Shown in pieces: positions 23,768 to 32,000 of a DNA stretch of 32,000 nt (its first letter is position 1; each line of letters opens with the position of its first letter). The translations under genes and the position numbers were made by a program. Origin of the DNA: a bacterium (GTDB lineage Bacteria > Patescibacteriota > Microgenomatia > UBA1406 > GWC2-37-13). The stretch is from NCBI GenBank assembly GCA_029573715.1, contig JAKQDR010000165.1, positions 56,766 through 88,765 of the forward strand, written 5' to 3'. The notes under the pieces are model-generated. The model was not told the DNA's origin. It searched no databases and saw nothing but the letters and a program-made list of their open reading frames with translations.

Positions 23768-26311
23768 TTAAGGGTGCAACGTATCAAAGGCTTCTTCAAT
23801 TTTTCGTGTTATCTGTGTCGCCGATTCAGTGGAATCGTATTGAACAGGCTCTCCCACCAGCGCCACTACCGTACCTCGTTTTTTGGGCAACATGGTCGCA
23901 ATGTCTTGAAATAACACTTGGGGTGCCGGCCATACATCTTCGTATCCCACAAGCTTTATGGGCACCACAGGGCATCCGAGCTCCTTTGCAACAAATCCAA
24001 CCCCCATTTTGAATCTGTCTTGCGTTTTTGCTCGTTGTAATCTGCCCTGCGGAAACATAATGAGGTATCTTCCACCTGCCAACAAATCCCATGCTCGCGC
24101 TAAAAAGGGGATCATTGTTGTTCCCGTTTGATCAAGGGGCAATCCGCCTGAAAGAAGCTCAATTACCTTGCCCATTACCCGATTATCCCAAAAGGTGCTT
24201 CGAGCAAGTGAAATAGATTTCACCGCTTGCGGGCCAAGTAAACGCCACACACAGGCAACATCAAGCACTCCGACATGATTGACCACAATAAGCGTACCTT
24301 CCGGTATGCGTTGCAACGATTGAGGCCAGCGTACTTTCAATTTGACAAACAAAACGTGGAGCGGAAATGTCACCACATACTGAAATACCAATCGAATGAG
24401 TTCACCCCACCAAGTAAAGTGCCACGTGTTGTCTGACTGAGTAGATTGGACTTGAGCACTATCAGTCATCATATGCTTGACATCTAAGACAGTGGTTTTG
24501 GCGTCTATGCGGGTTGCATCAATGATTGTCCCGAGATGCTCCTCTATGCTTGCTACCAGTTCACCCCGATCTATGGAATCAAGCCCCAAATCAGAGGTGA
24601 GCAGATCTGTGTCCTGTATTTTTGACTTATCGATTGAGCTAATGCGCGACAAAATGTCAATCACGTCATACGGTGATGTATTCGCTTGATTACTATCGAC
24701 ACGCATATCATCGCGATCTAAAACCCCCGACACAACATCTTTTATGGCCTTCCTATCAAGCTTGAGTGTGGCTGTTCGGGGAAAATCCTCGCCATCCCAA
24801 AGTGAATGACTCATGATTTGTTGCTTTGACTCAAGTAAAGAGTTTATCTCTCGAACAATTGCAGAGCCATCAAAATGATTGCGGTCTTTTGGAATAAGCA
24901 CCGCATGCACGATGTCTGCTTTTTCACCAGGGAGCCCAAAGACACACAGATCTTTTATAGCGTTATGTTTTGTAGCGATTCGCTCAACATCCTCAACAAA
25001 CACCTTCTCACCGCTTGCAAGGACTATTTTAAAGAAGTCTCGTCCAACTACACGTAATACCCCATGAGCATCAAGGGCGCCGATATCACCCGTTCGATAC
25101 CATCCCTCGTGAAATACTGCTTTAGTCTTCTCTTCATTATCATAATATCCCAGCGAAACACACGGACTTTTTATGAGAATTTGTCCCTGCGCATCAAGCG
25201 TAACCTCTACCCCTTGAACTGCTGTGCCCACATTGCCAACGCCATGTGTGCCATCGTTTATCGTTGCTATTGCAGTCACTTCGGTCGCACCATAACCCTC
25301 AAGTATTTGTATCCCCATTGCCACAAAGTTTCGGCCGACATGATAGTTCATCGGTGCACCGCCACACCCGATAAATCGAAGATGCCCGCCAAATACATGA
25401 TGAATACGAGCAAATATTATCCGCCGGATAAAACGCGGCATGTATGATGCTACAGAAAGAAGTTTTTGAAGTAATGCACCTTTCCCCTGCTCTGCCGCCT
25501 GATCTTCAATACGTCGCCAAAACACTGCCATAAGCTGAGGAACAAGCGCCAAATAAGTTGGTTTCACATCTTGCATGGACTTTCGCAATTGAAAAGAGTT
25601 GACACGAGTCATATACGTCACTTGTGCCCCCATGCTCAGCGCCGCAAACAATCCAATAATTTGCTCAAACATGTGGCTCAGGGGCAATACCGAAATAGTA
25701 CGATGATGGAGATGTTTTTCGGGTATCAGCGGGTAGAGAGCCTGTAAGTTTTTAAGCATATTATTTTGAGAAAGCATTACTCCCTTGGGAATGCCCGTCG
25801 TGCCGGATGTGTACACCACTTGGCACAATGCTTGGACATCAAGCGCCTTTTGTGGGGTAACTTTCGGGCCAATATTTGCTTTGATTAACGCAAACAAATC
25901 CTCAAGCATCCATGTGTGAGAGAATTGCTGTGCAATCGGTGCATGATTGATAAATCGAGAATGAAAAAGAGCGGTTGGTTTCGTTTGCTCAATTATTCGT
26001 GTGAGTGTCGCAGCTCCGGTGCGATGGTCAATGGGCACCGCAACAAATCCATACGCAAACAAAGTCAAAAGAAGCAGTGCATACTCGGGGCAGTTAAACG
26101 CCCATATCAACACCTTGTCACCAGGTTGCACGCCATGCGCGATGAGAAACTGCGCGATAGACACCATGCGATCCGGAATATCTTTGTAAAGCACTCGTTC
26201 ACGCACCACACGTCTGCGTATCTCAAATGCAATTCGATCGGGATATGCAGATGCGACAGACTCAACAAAATCTGCAACTGTTGGCTGGGTGTGTACCGAA
26301 GAATTAGACAT
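23768..26311 (-). CDS. Tri-domain fusion: acyl-adenylating enzyme (acyl-ACP synthetase/FAAL-like), carrier domain, and PlsC-type lysophospholipid acyltransferase
   Basis: 847 aa. Adenylation motifs are YTSGTTGIPKGV (aa 167-178), EGYGATE, WYRTGDIG and GRDFFKIVLASGEKVFVEDVE. Carrier motif is DLGLDSIDRGELV with Ser579 (codon 24575-24577). Acyltransferase motifs are NHVGVLD (HX4D, His679 codon 24275-24277), FPQGRL and CPVVPIKL. Confidence 0.85.
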   Translation of the reverse strand: MSNSSVHTQPTVADFVESVASAYPDRIAFEIRRRVVRERVLYKDIPDRMVSIAQFLIAHGVQPGDKVLIWAFNCPEYALLLLTLFAYGFVAVPIDHRTGAATLTRIIEQTKPTALFHSRFINHAPIAQQFSHTWMLEDLFALIKANIGPKVTPQKALDVQALCQVVYTSGTTGIPKGVMLSQNNMLKNLQALYPLIPEKHLHHRTISVLPLSHMFEQIIGLFAALSMGAQVTYMTRVNSFQLRKSMQDVKPTYLALVPQLMAVFWRRIEDQAAEQGKGALLQKLLSVASYMPRFIRRIIFARIHHVFGGHLRFIGCGGAPMNYHVGRNFVAMGIQILEGYGATEVTAIATINDGTHGVGNVGTAVQGVEVTLDAQGQILIKSPCVSLGYYDNEEKTKAVFHEGWYRTGDIGALDAHGVLRVVGRDFFKIVLASGEKVFVEDVERIATKHNAIKDLCVFGLPGEKADIVHAVLIPKDRNHFDGSAIVREINSLLESKQQIMSHSLWDGEDFPRTATLKLDRKAIKDVVSGVLDRDDMRVDSNQANTSPYDVIDILSRISSIDKSKIQDTDLLTSDLGLDSIDRGELVASIEEHLGTIIDATRIDAKTTVLDVKHMMTDSAQVQSTQSDNTWHFTWWGELIRLVFQYVVTFPLHVLFVKLKVRWPQSLQRIPEGTLIVVNHVGVLDVACVWRLLGPQAVKSISLARSTFWDNRVMGKVIELLSGGLPLDQTGTTMIPFLARAWDLLAGGRYLIMFPQGRLQRAKTQDRFKMGVGFVAKELGCPVVPIKLVGYEDVWPAPQVLFQDIATMLPKKRGTVVALVGEPVQYDSTESATQITRKIEEAFDTLHP

Positions 26312-27221
26312 TATCTAAAGCTAAACTTTCAAGATATGAAAGCACGGGGGTGAAGCAGTCAAGTGCGAGGTGTGTCCACTCTTCTTGAGTTTTTTGTCGG
26401 ATGGTTTCGGCAATTTTTGCACGAATATTTGGTGAAGTATCAAACTGATTATTTCCAATCTTTGAAATTTCAAGTGCATCACAAAAAGAACTCCATACCG
26501 ATCGCTCTATTGCAGCAAGTGCCATATGTTTTCCATCTTTTGTTTCATACAAGGTGTAGCATGGATAATTGCCCCAAATGGCAACCTCATCTGCGTTAAA
26601 TTCACGGCCCGCATGTGTAAGCGGTGATCCAACAGGGGCAAGCGAGCTTTTTACTGTCTCAAAAGCAGATATGTGCAGATGAGCGCTCATGTTGCGTAAA
26701 AGAGCCGAAAGTATCTTTATGGCGAGATGATAAGAGGTGAAAATATCAGCGAGAGGAATGTGCGGGATGTAGTGAGCTTTTCCAAGCGTAAGTGCACCAC
26801 TATATCCGAGTATATTCAAATCTCTCATTGCCACGCGCGACAACGCATGATCAAAGCCAAAGTTGGAAATGGAACAATACACAATTCGTGGGTTGATTGT
26901 ATGGCATTCTTCATAGCTAAATCCGAGCTTGCTCATTCGGCCAGGGCGCATGTTTTCGATAACAACATCGCTTTCTTTTACAAGGGTATTAAGCCGATCA
27001 ATATCTGTTTGGTCTCTATAGTTTACCGGTACAACATGCTGACTTTTTGCAATTATTTGCGCAAATGAAGGAGTGTGATCATCGTGGGGCAAAGTTATAT
27101 CGTGCCGATCGGTATCACGCACATCCTCTACTGTGGTGACATGCACTTCGTTTGGCATTAACTGTTGTAAAATATAAGGCCCGGGAATAAGTGTAGAGAA
27201 ATTTAGAATTTTATATTGCAT
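26304..27221 (-). CDS. Family III CoA-transferase / alpha-methylacyl-CoA-racemase-like protein (CaiB/BaiF fold)
   Basis: ILNFSTLIPGPY, SDVVIENMRPGRMSKLGFSYEECHTINPRIVYCSISNFG, RDLNILGYSGAL, YTLYETKDGKHMALAAIE and CFTPVLSY are collinear with MCR/CaiB-type proteins. I chose ATG 27221; the track's 27248 is a TTG. The stop overlaps the downstream ATG by 8 nt, and the start overlaps the acpS end by 11 nt. Confidence 0.68.
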   Translation of the reverse strand: MQYKILNFSTLIPGPYILQQLMPNEVHVTTVEDVRDTDRHDITLPHDDHTPSFAQIIAKSQHVVPVNYRDQTDIDRLNTLVKESDVVIENMRPGRMSKLGFSYEECHTINPRIVYCSISNFGFDHALSRVAMRDLNILGYSGALTLGKAHYIPHIPLADIFTSYHLAIKILSALLRNMSAHLHISAFETVKSSLAPVGSPLTHAGREFNADEVAIWGNYPCYTLYETKDGKHMALAAIERSVWSSFCDALEISKIGNNQFDTSPNIRAKIAETIRQKTQEEWTHLALDCFTPVLSYLESLALDNV

Positions 27222-27549
27222 TTTTTGTAAACCAAATGGCAATGGCAACCACTGTGCTTGTAGTATGACTCAAAGAAACATCAAGTTCTTTAATCAAGTT
27301 TCCTTGCCCATCATACACGAAAGGCCTGCCCTCCGCGTTGTGTAATATTCTGACTGTGAGAAAATCGAGTTTCTTCATGTATCCTGTTTTATAAATTGCT
27401 TCTTTCACTGCAAAAATACCTGCAATAGACTCGATTTTTCTACCAGTGAGCTCTTCGGGATGAAAATGATTTTGAGCAAATGCGTGCCCGCCCTGATTGA
27501 ATGCGTCTTCAAATCGTTTCAATTCAATCATGTCTATTCCAATGCGCAT
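27211..27549 (-). CDS. acpS: Holo-[acyl-carrier-protein] synthase (AcpS-type 4'-phosphopantetheinyl transferase)
   Basis: 112 aa. MRIGIDMIELKRFE and ESIAGIFAVKEAIYKT are the two AcpS signature regions. Confidence 0.85.
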   Translation of the reverse strand: MRIGIDMIELKRFEDAFNQGGHAFAQNHFHPEELTGRKIESIAGIFAVKEAIYKTGYMKKLDFLTVRILHNAEGRPFVYDGQGNLIKELDVSLSHTTSTVVAIAIWFTKNAI

Positions 27550-27595
27550 AGGAATGCATTCTATGTAGATGAATACGTGATGTCAACCAGAAGAC

Positions 27596-28324
27596 TTAAT
27601 CAGCATCATATATTGCACGGACGACCTCATGAGGAGTGTCAATGGGCACAGAGTGGGTCGCGTCCACCGCACGAACATGTGCATGCTTTAATAACGGATA
27701 CAAATCCATGGCGCGGAATTTATGCAACACGGTGTCTCGGGTGCCATACAAAAGCGTTGTTTTTGTCGTTACTCCCCGTACCAAATCACTCATATCATAA
27801 GTGAATATATCTCTATAACAAGAACACACGGCATGGAGCGAGTTGTACTTTAAAAAGTCGGCTGTACTTATGTATCCAAATCGCGTGCGTTTGATAATGT
27901 TTTGGTATGACATAAGTTTCACTCCTTTTTTTACCAGATAATCGGCCTTTTTATATCGAGTGCCCACGGCCAGTCCGGCTCGATACAACATATTTAATTT
28001 GTGAGGATGTTTGGGTAGTGGTGTAGACGTTAATACCAAAGAAGCAACCCGATGAGGGTACATGTGGGCATAGTGCAATGCAACAAGGCCTCCAAGCGAC
28101 TGTCCGACGAGAATCATGGGCGTTCGAATGTTTTGTTCATGCACGACATCTTGTACATAGTGTGCATATGTCTGCAGTGACAATTGCTTATCTTTATACC
28201 GTGAGCCGTACTCGGGGAAATCGAGGGCATAGGGTGCATATATTGCTGGAGAAAGAAGTTTCTTCACTCCATCCCACATGGTACTGCGATAACTTAAGCC
28301 GGGCAAAAATACAACGGGTTTCAT
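27596..28324 (-). CDS. Alpha/beta-hydrolase (esterase/lipase/thioesterase class)
   Basis: Nucleophile elbow GQSLGG, acid candidate in GTRDTV, His in DATHSVP. I chose ATG 28324 (MKPVVFLPG), 7 nt after the upstream stop. The track's extension to 28540 overlaps the upstream gene. Confidence 0.75.
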   Translation of the reverse strand: MKPVVFLPGLSYRSTMWDGVKKLLSPAIYAPYALDFPEYGSRYKDKQLSLQTYAHYVQDVVHEQNIRTPMILVGQSLGGLVALHYAHMYPHRVASLVLTSTPLPKHPHKLNMLYRAGLAVGTRYKKADYLVKKGVKLMSYQNIIKRTRFGYISTADFLKYNSLHAVCSCYRDIFTYDMSDLVRGVTTKTTLLYGTRDTVLHKFRAMDLYPLLKHAHVRAVDATHSVPIDTPHEVVRAIYDAD

Positions 28325-28331
28325 AATAGAT

Positions 28332-29255
28332 TTATCGTGTGTGAAATCCACGAAGATGACGATCAAGGGGAATAAATATCTTTTGAGGATCAGTGATGCC
28401 AACCGCATGATCGGCATCCGGGATGCACTCATATGTTGCGCGCGGCATAATGCCAGCAAGTCGGCTCGAGCGCTCAGGCAAAACCGCCGTGTCGTTTTGC
28501 GCGGAAAGTACGAGTGTCGGTGTGTGCACAAGTTGAGCAACGTGGGTGAAGCTATTCATAGAGAGGTCGATAGCGAGGTCAAAAATAGACTTAATGTTAA
28601 ACTGACTTGTTTTATATAAGCTCCGAAACAAATGGCGTTTTCTCACTTTTTTTAGCATCTGAGGATAGAGCCTGGTATATATTACAACATAAAAGAATGC
28701 TATTGCAATTATTTTAACAGGCCTAGCGTTGATAAGCTTTATTAGGTTTTTGTGTCGAGTGAAAAATGGGTGGAGTTTTCGCATCATTTTTAGCCGTGAA
28801 GCGCTATTTTTCTCCATAGCAGCAAACTGCTCTATGCCGTCATATGGCACCGAGAATACTGTCAATGAACACACAGACTCGGGATGTTTGTGAGCATAAT
28901 TTATCGCATGCACCCCACCGGTTGAATATCCAAGAAGATGCACCGGGCCCGACCCCACCACATCCATATGAAATATACGCAAAAAATCCAAATAATAGTC
29001 AAACCCCGAATATACATTCATATCCGATTCCGACCCTCCATAGCCCGGTAAATCAACCACATAGCATTTGTTATGCGGCGCAATAAGGTGTAAAAGAGGC
29101 ACATATAATGCGCTTGCAGTAGGCCAGCCCACCAGAAATATAAGGGGCGGGCCACTTGACGGGCTTTGCTCAAGAGATGACTCCAAGTAATGTATGCGCA
29201 GTCCGCGAATATTCACATGGCGCGACACATGAAGCTTGGGAGTTTTTGAAGGCAT
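28332..29255 (-). CDS. Alpha/beta-hydrolase with a hydrophobic lid/anchor segment
   Basis: 307 aa. Has LIFLVGWP, nucleophile elbow GYSTGG, AQNDTAV and DADHAV. An inserted hydrophobic helix VKIIAIAFFYVVIYTRLY lies between the core strands. Confidence 0.75.
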   Translation of the reverse strand: MPSKTPKLHVSRHVNIRGLRIHYLESSLEQSPSSGPPLIFLVGWPTASALYVPLLHLIAPHNKCYVVDLPGYGGSESDMNVYSGFDYYLDFLRIFHMDVVGSGPVHLLGYSTGGVHAINYAHKHPESVCSLTVFSVPYDGIEQFAAMEKNSASRLKMMRKLHPFFTRHKNLIKLINARPVKIIAIAFFYVVIYTRLYPQMLKKVRKRHLFRSLYKTSQFNIKSIFDLAIDLSMNSFTHVAQLVHTPTLVLSAQNDTAVLPERSSRLAGIMPRATYECIPDADHAVGITDPQKIFIPLDRHLRGFHTR

Positions 29256-29301
29256 ACGAAATGAAGATTATAGGTACAATCAGTGATTTCTACAACAACA
29301 A

Positions 29302-31692
29302 TTAATGTGCGCAGTCTAGGCAGTATGTTGTGTATTTATCTTTGAGCACTGTCTTTTCACGTTGTTCGGTGTTCTCTTCTCCTTCCTTGGCCTGCTTATC
29401 GGTGTCACGATTGACCCACACCTGCTCGCGTGATATGGTCGTTGTGCGCACATTTTCCGTGCCCGCGATAAAGAATTCATATCGTGCGTCGGCACAGTCA
29501 CCTCCATCCCCGTCTTTGAGCCTTCCGTCTGCACACACCTGTCTTCCCACAACCGTTTCAGGTTTGACGGGCCATAAATCAGGTTGATCAGTCAAAACAT
29601 GGGTCATTACCTTATTCCAAATAGGTGCCGCACCGGTGACACCCGAGGCAAGCCACGGATTCATGGGTGTATTGTCATTATTTCCCACCCACACTGCCAC
29701 CAAAAAGTTTGGGGTGTACCCTACCGTCCAATTGTCGCGCTTTTCATCGGTTGTTCCGGTTTTGACCGATACTGCCGTGTGATCTTTTATGACAAGCTGT
29801 GAACCGCGCCCAAATGCCTGTGCGCGTGCATTATCATCAAGCAATATGTGCGATATGAGGTACGCCGTCTCCTCCGATATGGCGCGCGGGCCATTCATGG
29901 CCAAGTAATTGGGCATGGGAAGTGGCTCTTGCACTTTCTCAACATAATTTGGATCTTCAAACTGATAGAGTATTTTGCCATGTGGGTCAACTACTTTCAA
30001 AAGCGATTGCACCTGTTTTGGTCTCCCTCTATTGGGAAATGCAGAATATGCTTGTGCAAGTTCATACATCGGAAGCTCTCCTCCTCCAAGCGTTAATGAA
30101 AGCCCATATCTGCTCGGGTCTTTTTGAAATGCACTAATGAGAAACGCCGATGATGATGCGATAAAATCATCTACCGTATTAAGCCCCATAACTTTCACCG
30201 CAGCGATATTGTTTGAATTGCCCAGCGCAAACCGTATTTGTGTAGGTCCGCCAAATCCGCCCTCATAATTGCGCGGACAATAGGGTTTGCCCACCGCCGG
30301 GAAACAAGTCGCCGCATCAATAAGCACGCTTGCCGGCGTGATGAGCTTTCTATCAAGCGCTATTGCATAGTTTATTGGCTTTATCGAAGAGCCCGGTTGT
30401 CTATTTTCAGCAGTCACCACATTAAATGAACCGGATGGGCTCGCAAAATAGTCGGCAGAGCCTACCATCGCCAGTATCTCCCCCGTCACCGGCCGGGTGA
30501 CAAGCACCGCAGCATTGCCTACGTCTAAGTCTTTTACCTTCTCAAGCTCTTCCTTGACTGCCAATTCTGCATACTCTTGAATCCCCAGATCGAGAGTAGT
30601 ATAGATTTTTAGGCCTCCGGTGTTTATGAGGTTTTCATCGAACTGATCTTCCAAAATACTCCGTACATAAAACACAAAATGGGGGGCTTTTATTGAGACA
30701 AGCGGGGGTTTTACGGTGAGTTCGGTTGCGATCGCCTCATTGTATCGTTTTTGAGATATGTAGCCCTGCTCAAGCATGCGCCCCAATACATCGTCTCGTC
30801 TGGATTTGGCAAGTTCCGGATTTGCATAAGGGCTGTATCTGCTGGGAGCCTGAGGAAGTCCGGCCAAAAACGCCGCTTCGGCGATGCTTAAATCTTTTGC
30901 ATCTTTATCAAAATACTTATTGGCCGCTTCCTCAATCCCGTATGCATATCCTCCATATGGTATTTGGTTGAGATACATCTCAAGAATTTCATCTTTGGAA
31001 AATTTTCGTTCGACTGCAAAAGCTAAAATGACTTCGCGTATTTTGCGGATTATTGTTCGCTCAGGGCTTAACAGCGCTTGTTTCACGAGCTGTTGCGTTA
31101 TGGTTGAGCCACCTTGCAAACCCTGCCGTTTTACCGTCATATCCCGAATGGCCCGCAGAATTCCTGATCCAAACGATACACCCGAGTGCTTATAAAAATC
31201 TTTATCCTCAACTGCAATAGATGCCTGACCAATATATTTGGGAAGAGAGCTGAGTTTAATTGCGGTGCGGTTTTCTTCATCAAAAAGCTCATATAGAACT
31301 ATGCCGTTTCTATCGTAGATGTGCGAAGAGAGTGAAGTTGATTGAAAATTGCGCAGCTTCTCGGGGCTCGGCAAATCCTTGAGGATGTAAGCATACACTG
31401 ACCACACCACGGCAAACAGCATCCCTCCGGTCACAAATGCCATAATCGCCAGCCGTACAAACAGCGGTCGTCGAATGCCCAGGATTTTAACAGATGCATG
31501 GCCATGCGCATGATGTGGATGGGTTGTCTCATGACCCTTATGTGCATGATGCGCCTGGTGATGCGTTACATTATGATTGTTCGCGTGTAGTGGGGTATGA
31601 TTGTGCGGGTTTGACATAGTCCAGGATGGCATTGTAGCATAGTTTTTGGATCTCTTATACCTCGTGAACCTCATGCAAATTTCTGCCCTCAT
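29302..31692 (-). CDS. Class A penicillin-binding protein (PBP1A type: GT51 transglycosylase plus transpeptidase)
   Basis: GT51 motifs SIAVEDKDFYKHSGV, GGSTITQQLVKQ and RKIREVILAFAVERKFSKDEILEMYLNQIPYG. Transpeptidase motifs SSIKP, a possible SxN, and KTGTT. One TM anchor (LAIMAFVTGGMLFAVVWSVYAYIL). Start is uncertain: ATGs at 31692, 31674, 31632 and 31617. Confidence 0.9.
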   Translation of the reverse strand: MRAEICMRFTRYKRSKNYATMPSWTMSNPHNHTPLHANNHNVTHHQAHHAHKGHETTHPHHAHGHASVKILGIRRPLFVRLAIMAFVTGGMLFAVVWSVYAYILKDLPSPEKLRNFQSTSLSSHIYDRNGIVLYELFDEENRTAIKLSSLPKYIGQASIAVEDKDFYKHSGVSFGSGILRAIRDMTVKRQGLQGGSTITQQLVKQALLSPERTIIRKIREVILAFAVERKFSKDEILEMYLNQIPYGGYAYGIEEAANKYFDKDAKDLSIAEAAFLAGLPQAPSRYSPYANPELAKSRRDDVLGRMLEQGYISQKRYNEAIATELTVKPPLVSIKAPHFVFYVRSILEDQFDENLINTGGLKIYTTLDLGIQEYAELAVKEELEKVKDLDVGNAAVLVTRPVTGEILAMVGSADYFASPSGSFNVVTAENRQPGSSIKPINYAIALDRKLITPASVLIDAATCFPAVGKPYCPRNYEGGFGGPTQIRFALGNSNNIAAVKVMGLNTVDDFIASSSAFLISAFQKDPSRYGLSLTLGGGELPMYELAQAYSAFPNRGRPKQVQSLLKVVDPHGKILYQFEDPNYVEKVQEPLPMPNYLAMNGPRAISEETAYLISHILLDDNARAQAFGRGSQLVIKDHTAVSVKTGTTDEKRDNWTVGYTPNFLVAVWVGNNDNTPMNPWLASGVTGAAPIWNKVMTHVLTDQPDLWPVKPETVVGRQVCADGRLKDGDGGDCADARYEFFIAGTENVRTTTISREQVWVNRDTDKQAKEGEENTEQREKTVLKDKYTTYCLDCAH

Positions 31693-31742
31693 GCAAACTT
31701 TCGTTCAATTCATACACAAATAATAAAAGTTTATAATATAAT

Positions 31743-31955
31743 ATGTTTATGAAAATGAGTACGGCCGAATTGCAGCAGGCTTGGAGATTCTATGATCATT
31801 ATAGACTTCTGCATGGATTCAATGGCGTTAGTGATGATTTCAAGCCACGAGAGCCAAGACCTACACGGCCGGAAATTGGGACAAGTGTTCTTACGGGGAA
31901 TGTTTTCCAATTCACAGCTCAAAAACACTATCCTGATATTTACGAAATGTTATAA
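31743..31955 (+). CDS. Hypothetical small protein (70 aa)
   Basis: ORF only, with no recognisable motif. A TATAAT box at 31732-31737 sits 5 nt before the ATG, so if the gene is real it would be leaderless. Confidence 0.3.
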   Translation: MFMKMSTAELQQAWRFYDHYRLLHGFNGVSDDFKPREPRPTRPEIGTSVLTGNVFQFTAQKHYPDIYEML

Positions 31956-32000
31956 CGAAACCAAACTTCAATCGATATTTAAAACACTCTAAGTAAGTTG

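Noticed and set aside
27542-27561. Two adjacent short palindromes at the acpS start: ATGCGCAT, which overlaps the ATG, and GAATGCATTC.
   Set aside because: Eight- and ten-bp AT-containing palindromes are common by chance. Neither is repeated elsewhere in the window, and I have no supporting context.
1-32000. Looked for CRISPR repeats, IS or transposase genes, integrases, toxin-antitoxin pairs and rRNA.
   Set aside because: I saw no regularly spaced repeats and no DDE, tyrosine- or serine-recombinase motifs in any ORF of the track. The only RNA gene I could fold is the tRNA at 17474-17548.

Overview
This window is gene-dense bacterial chromosome and uses the standard genetic code: TGA, TAG and TAA all end well-supported genes. 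No CRISPR array, transposase or integrase is visible.

Gene order:
- 1-5873 (+): Fe-S assembly genes sufB (5' partial), sufD, sufS and sufU, then a two-subunit 2-oxoacid:ferredoxin oxidoreductase.
- 6149-8623 (+): Lon protease, with a good sigma70-type promoter and a cluster of ACACTAT repeats upstream.
- 8770-17439 (-): a tightly packed seven-gene envelope-glycan operon. Transcription order is GT2, O-antigen-ligase-like protein, GT-C/PMT-like protein, three GT4 enzymes, and a FemABX-family aminoacyl-transferase.
- 17474-17548 (+): a tRNA with anticodon CAT, divergent from that operon.
- 17604-21615 (+): a Type III restriction-modification cassette (mod, res). A single in-frame TAG interrupts mod. 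Imperfect direct repeats bracket the cassette, and a terminator plus a GC-rich structured spacer follow it.
- 21882-23683: an RmlC-like cupin (-), truB (+) and a flavodoxin (-).
- 23768-29255 (-): a lipid-related operon. It encodes two alpha/beta-hydrolases, AcpS, a family-III CoA-transferase-like protein, and an 847-aa fusion of adenylation, carrier and lysophospholipid-acyltransferase domains.
- 29302-31692 (-): a class A penicillin-binding protein with a His-rich N-terminal tail.
- 31743-31955 (+): a small hypothetical ORF.

The best candidate for an undescribed system is the lipid operon at 23768-29255. I read it as a self-contained fatty-acid scavenging and re-acylation module. The next most interesting items are the amber-interrupted, integrase-less R-M cassette beside the tRNA, and the glycan operon that ends in a FemX-like gene. 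The gene content, weak Shine-Dalgarno signals and near-leaderless first genes are compatible with a reduced anaerobe, possibly Patescibacteria-like, but that is only an inference.
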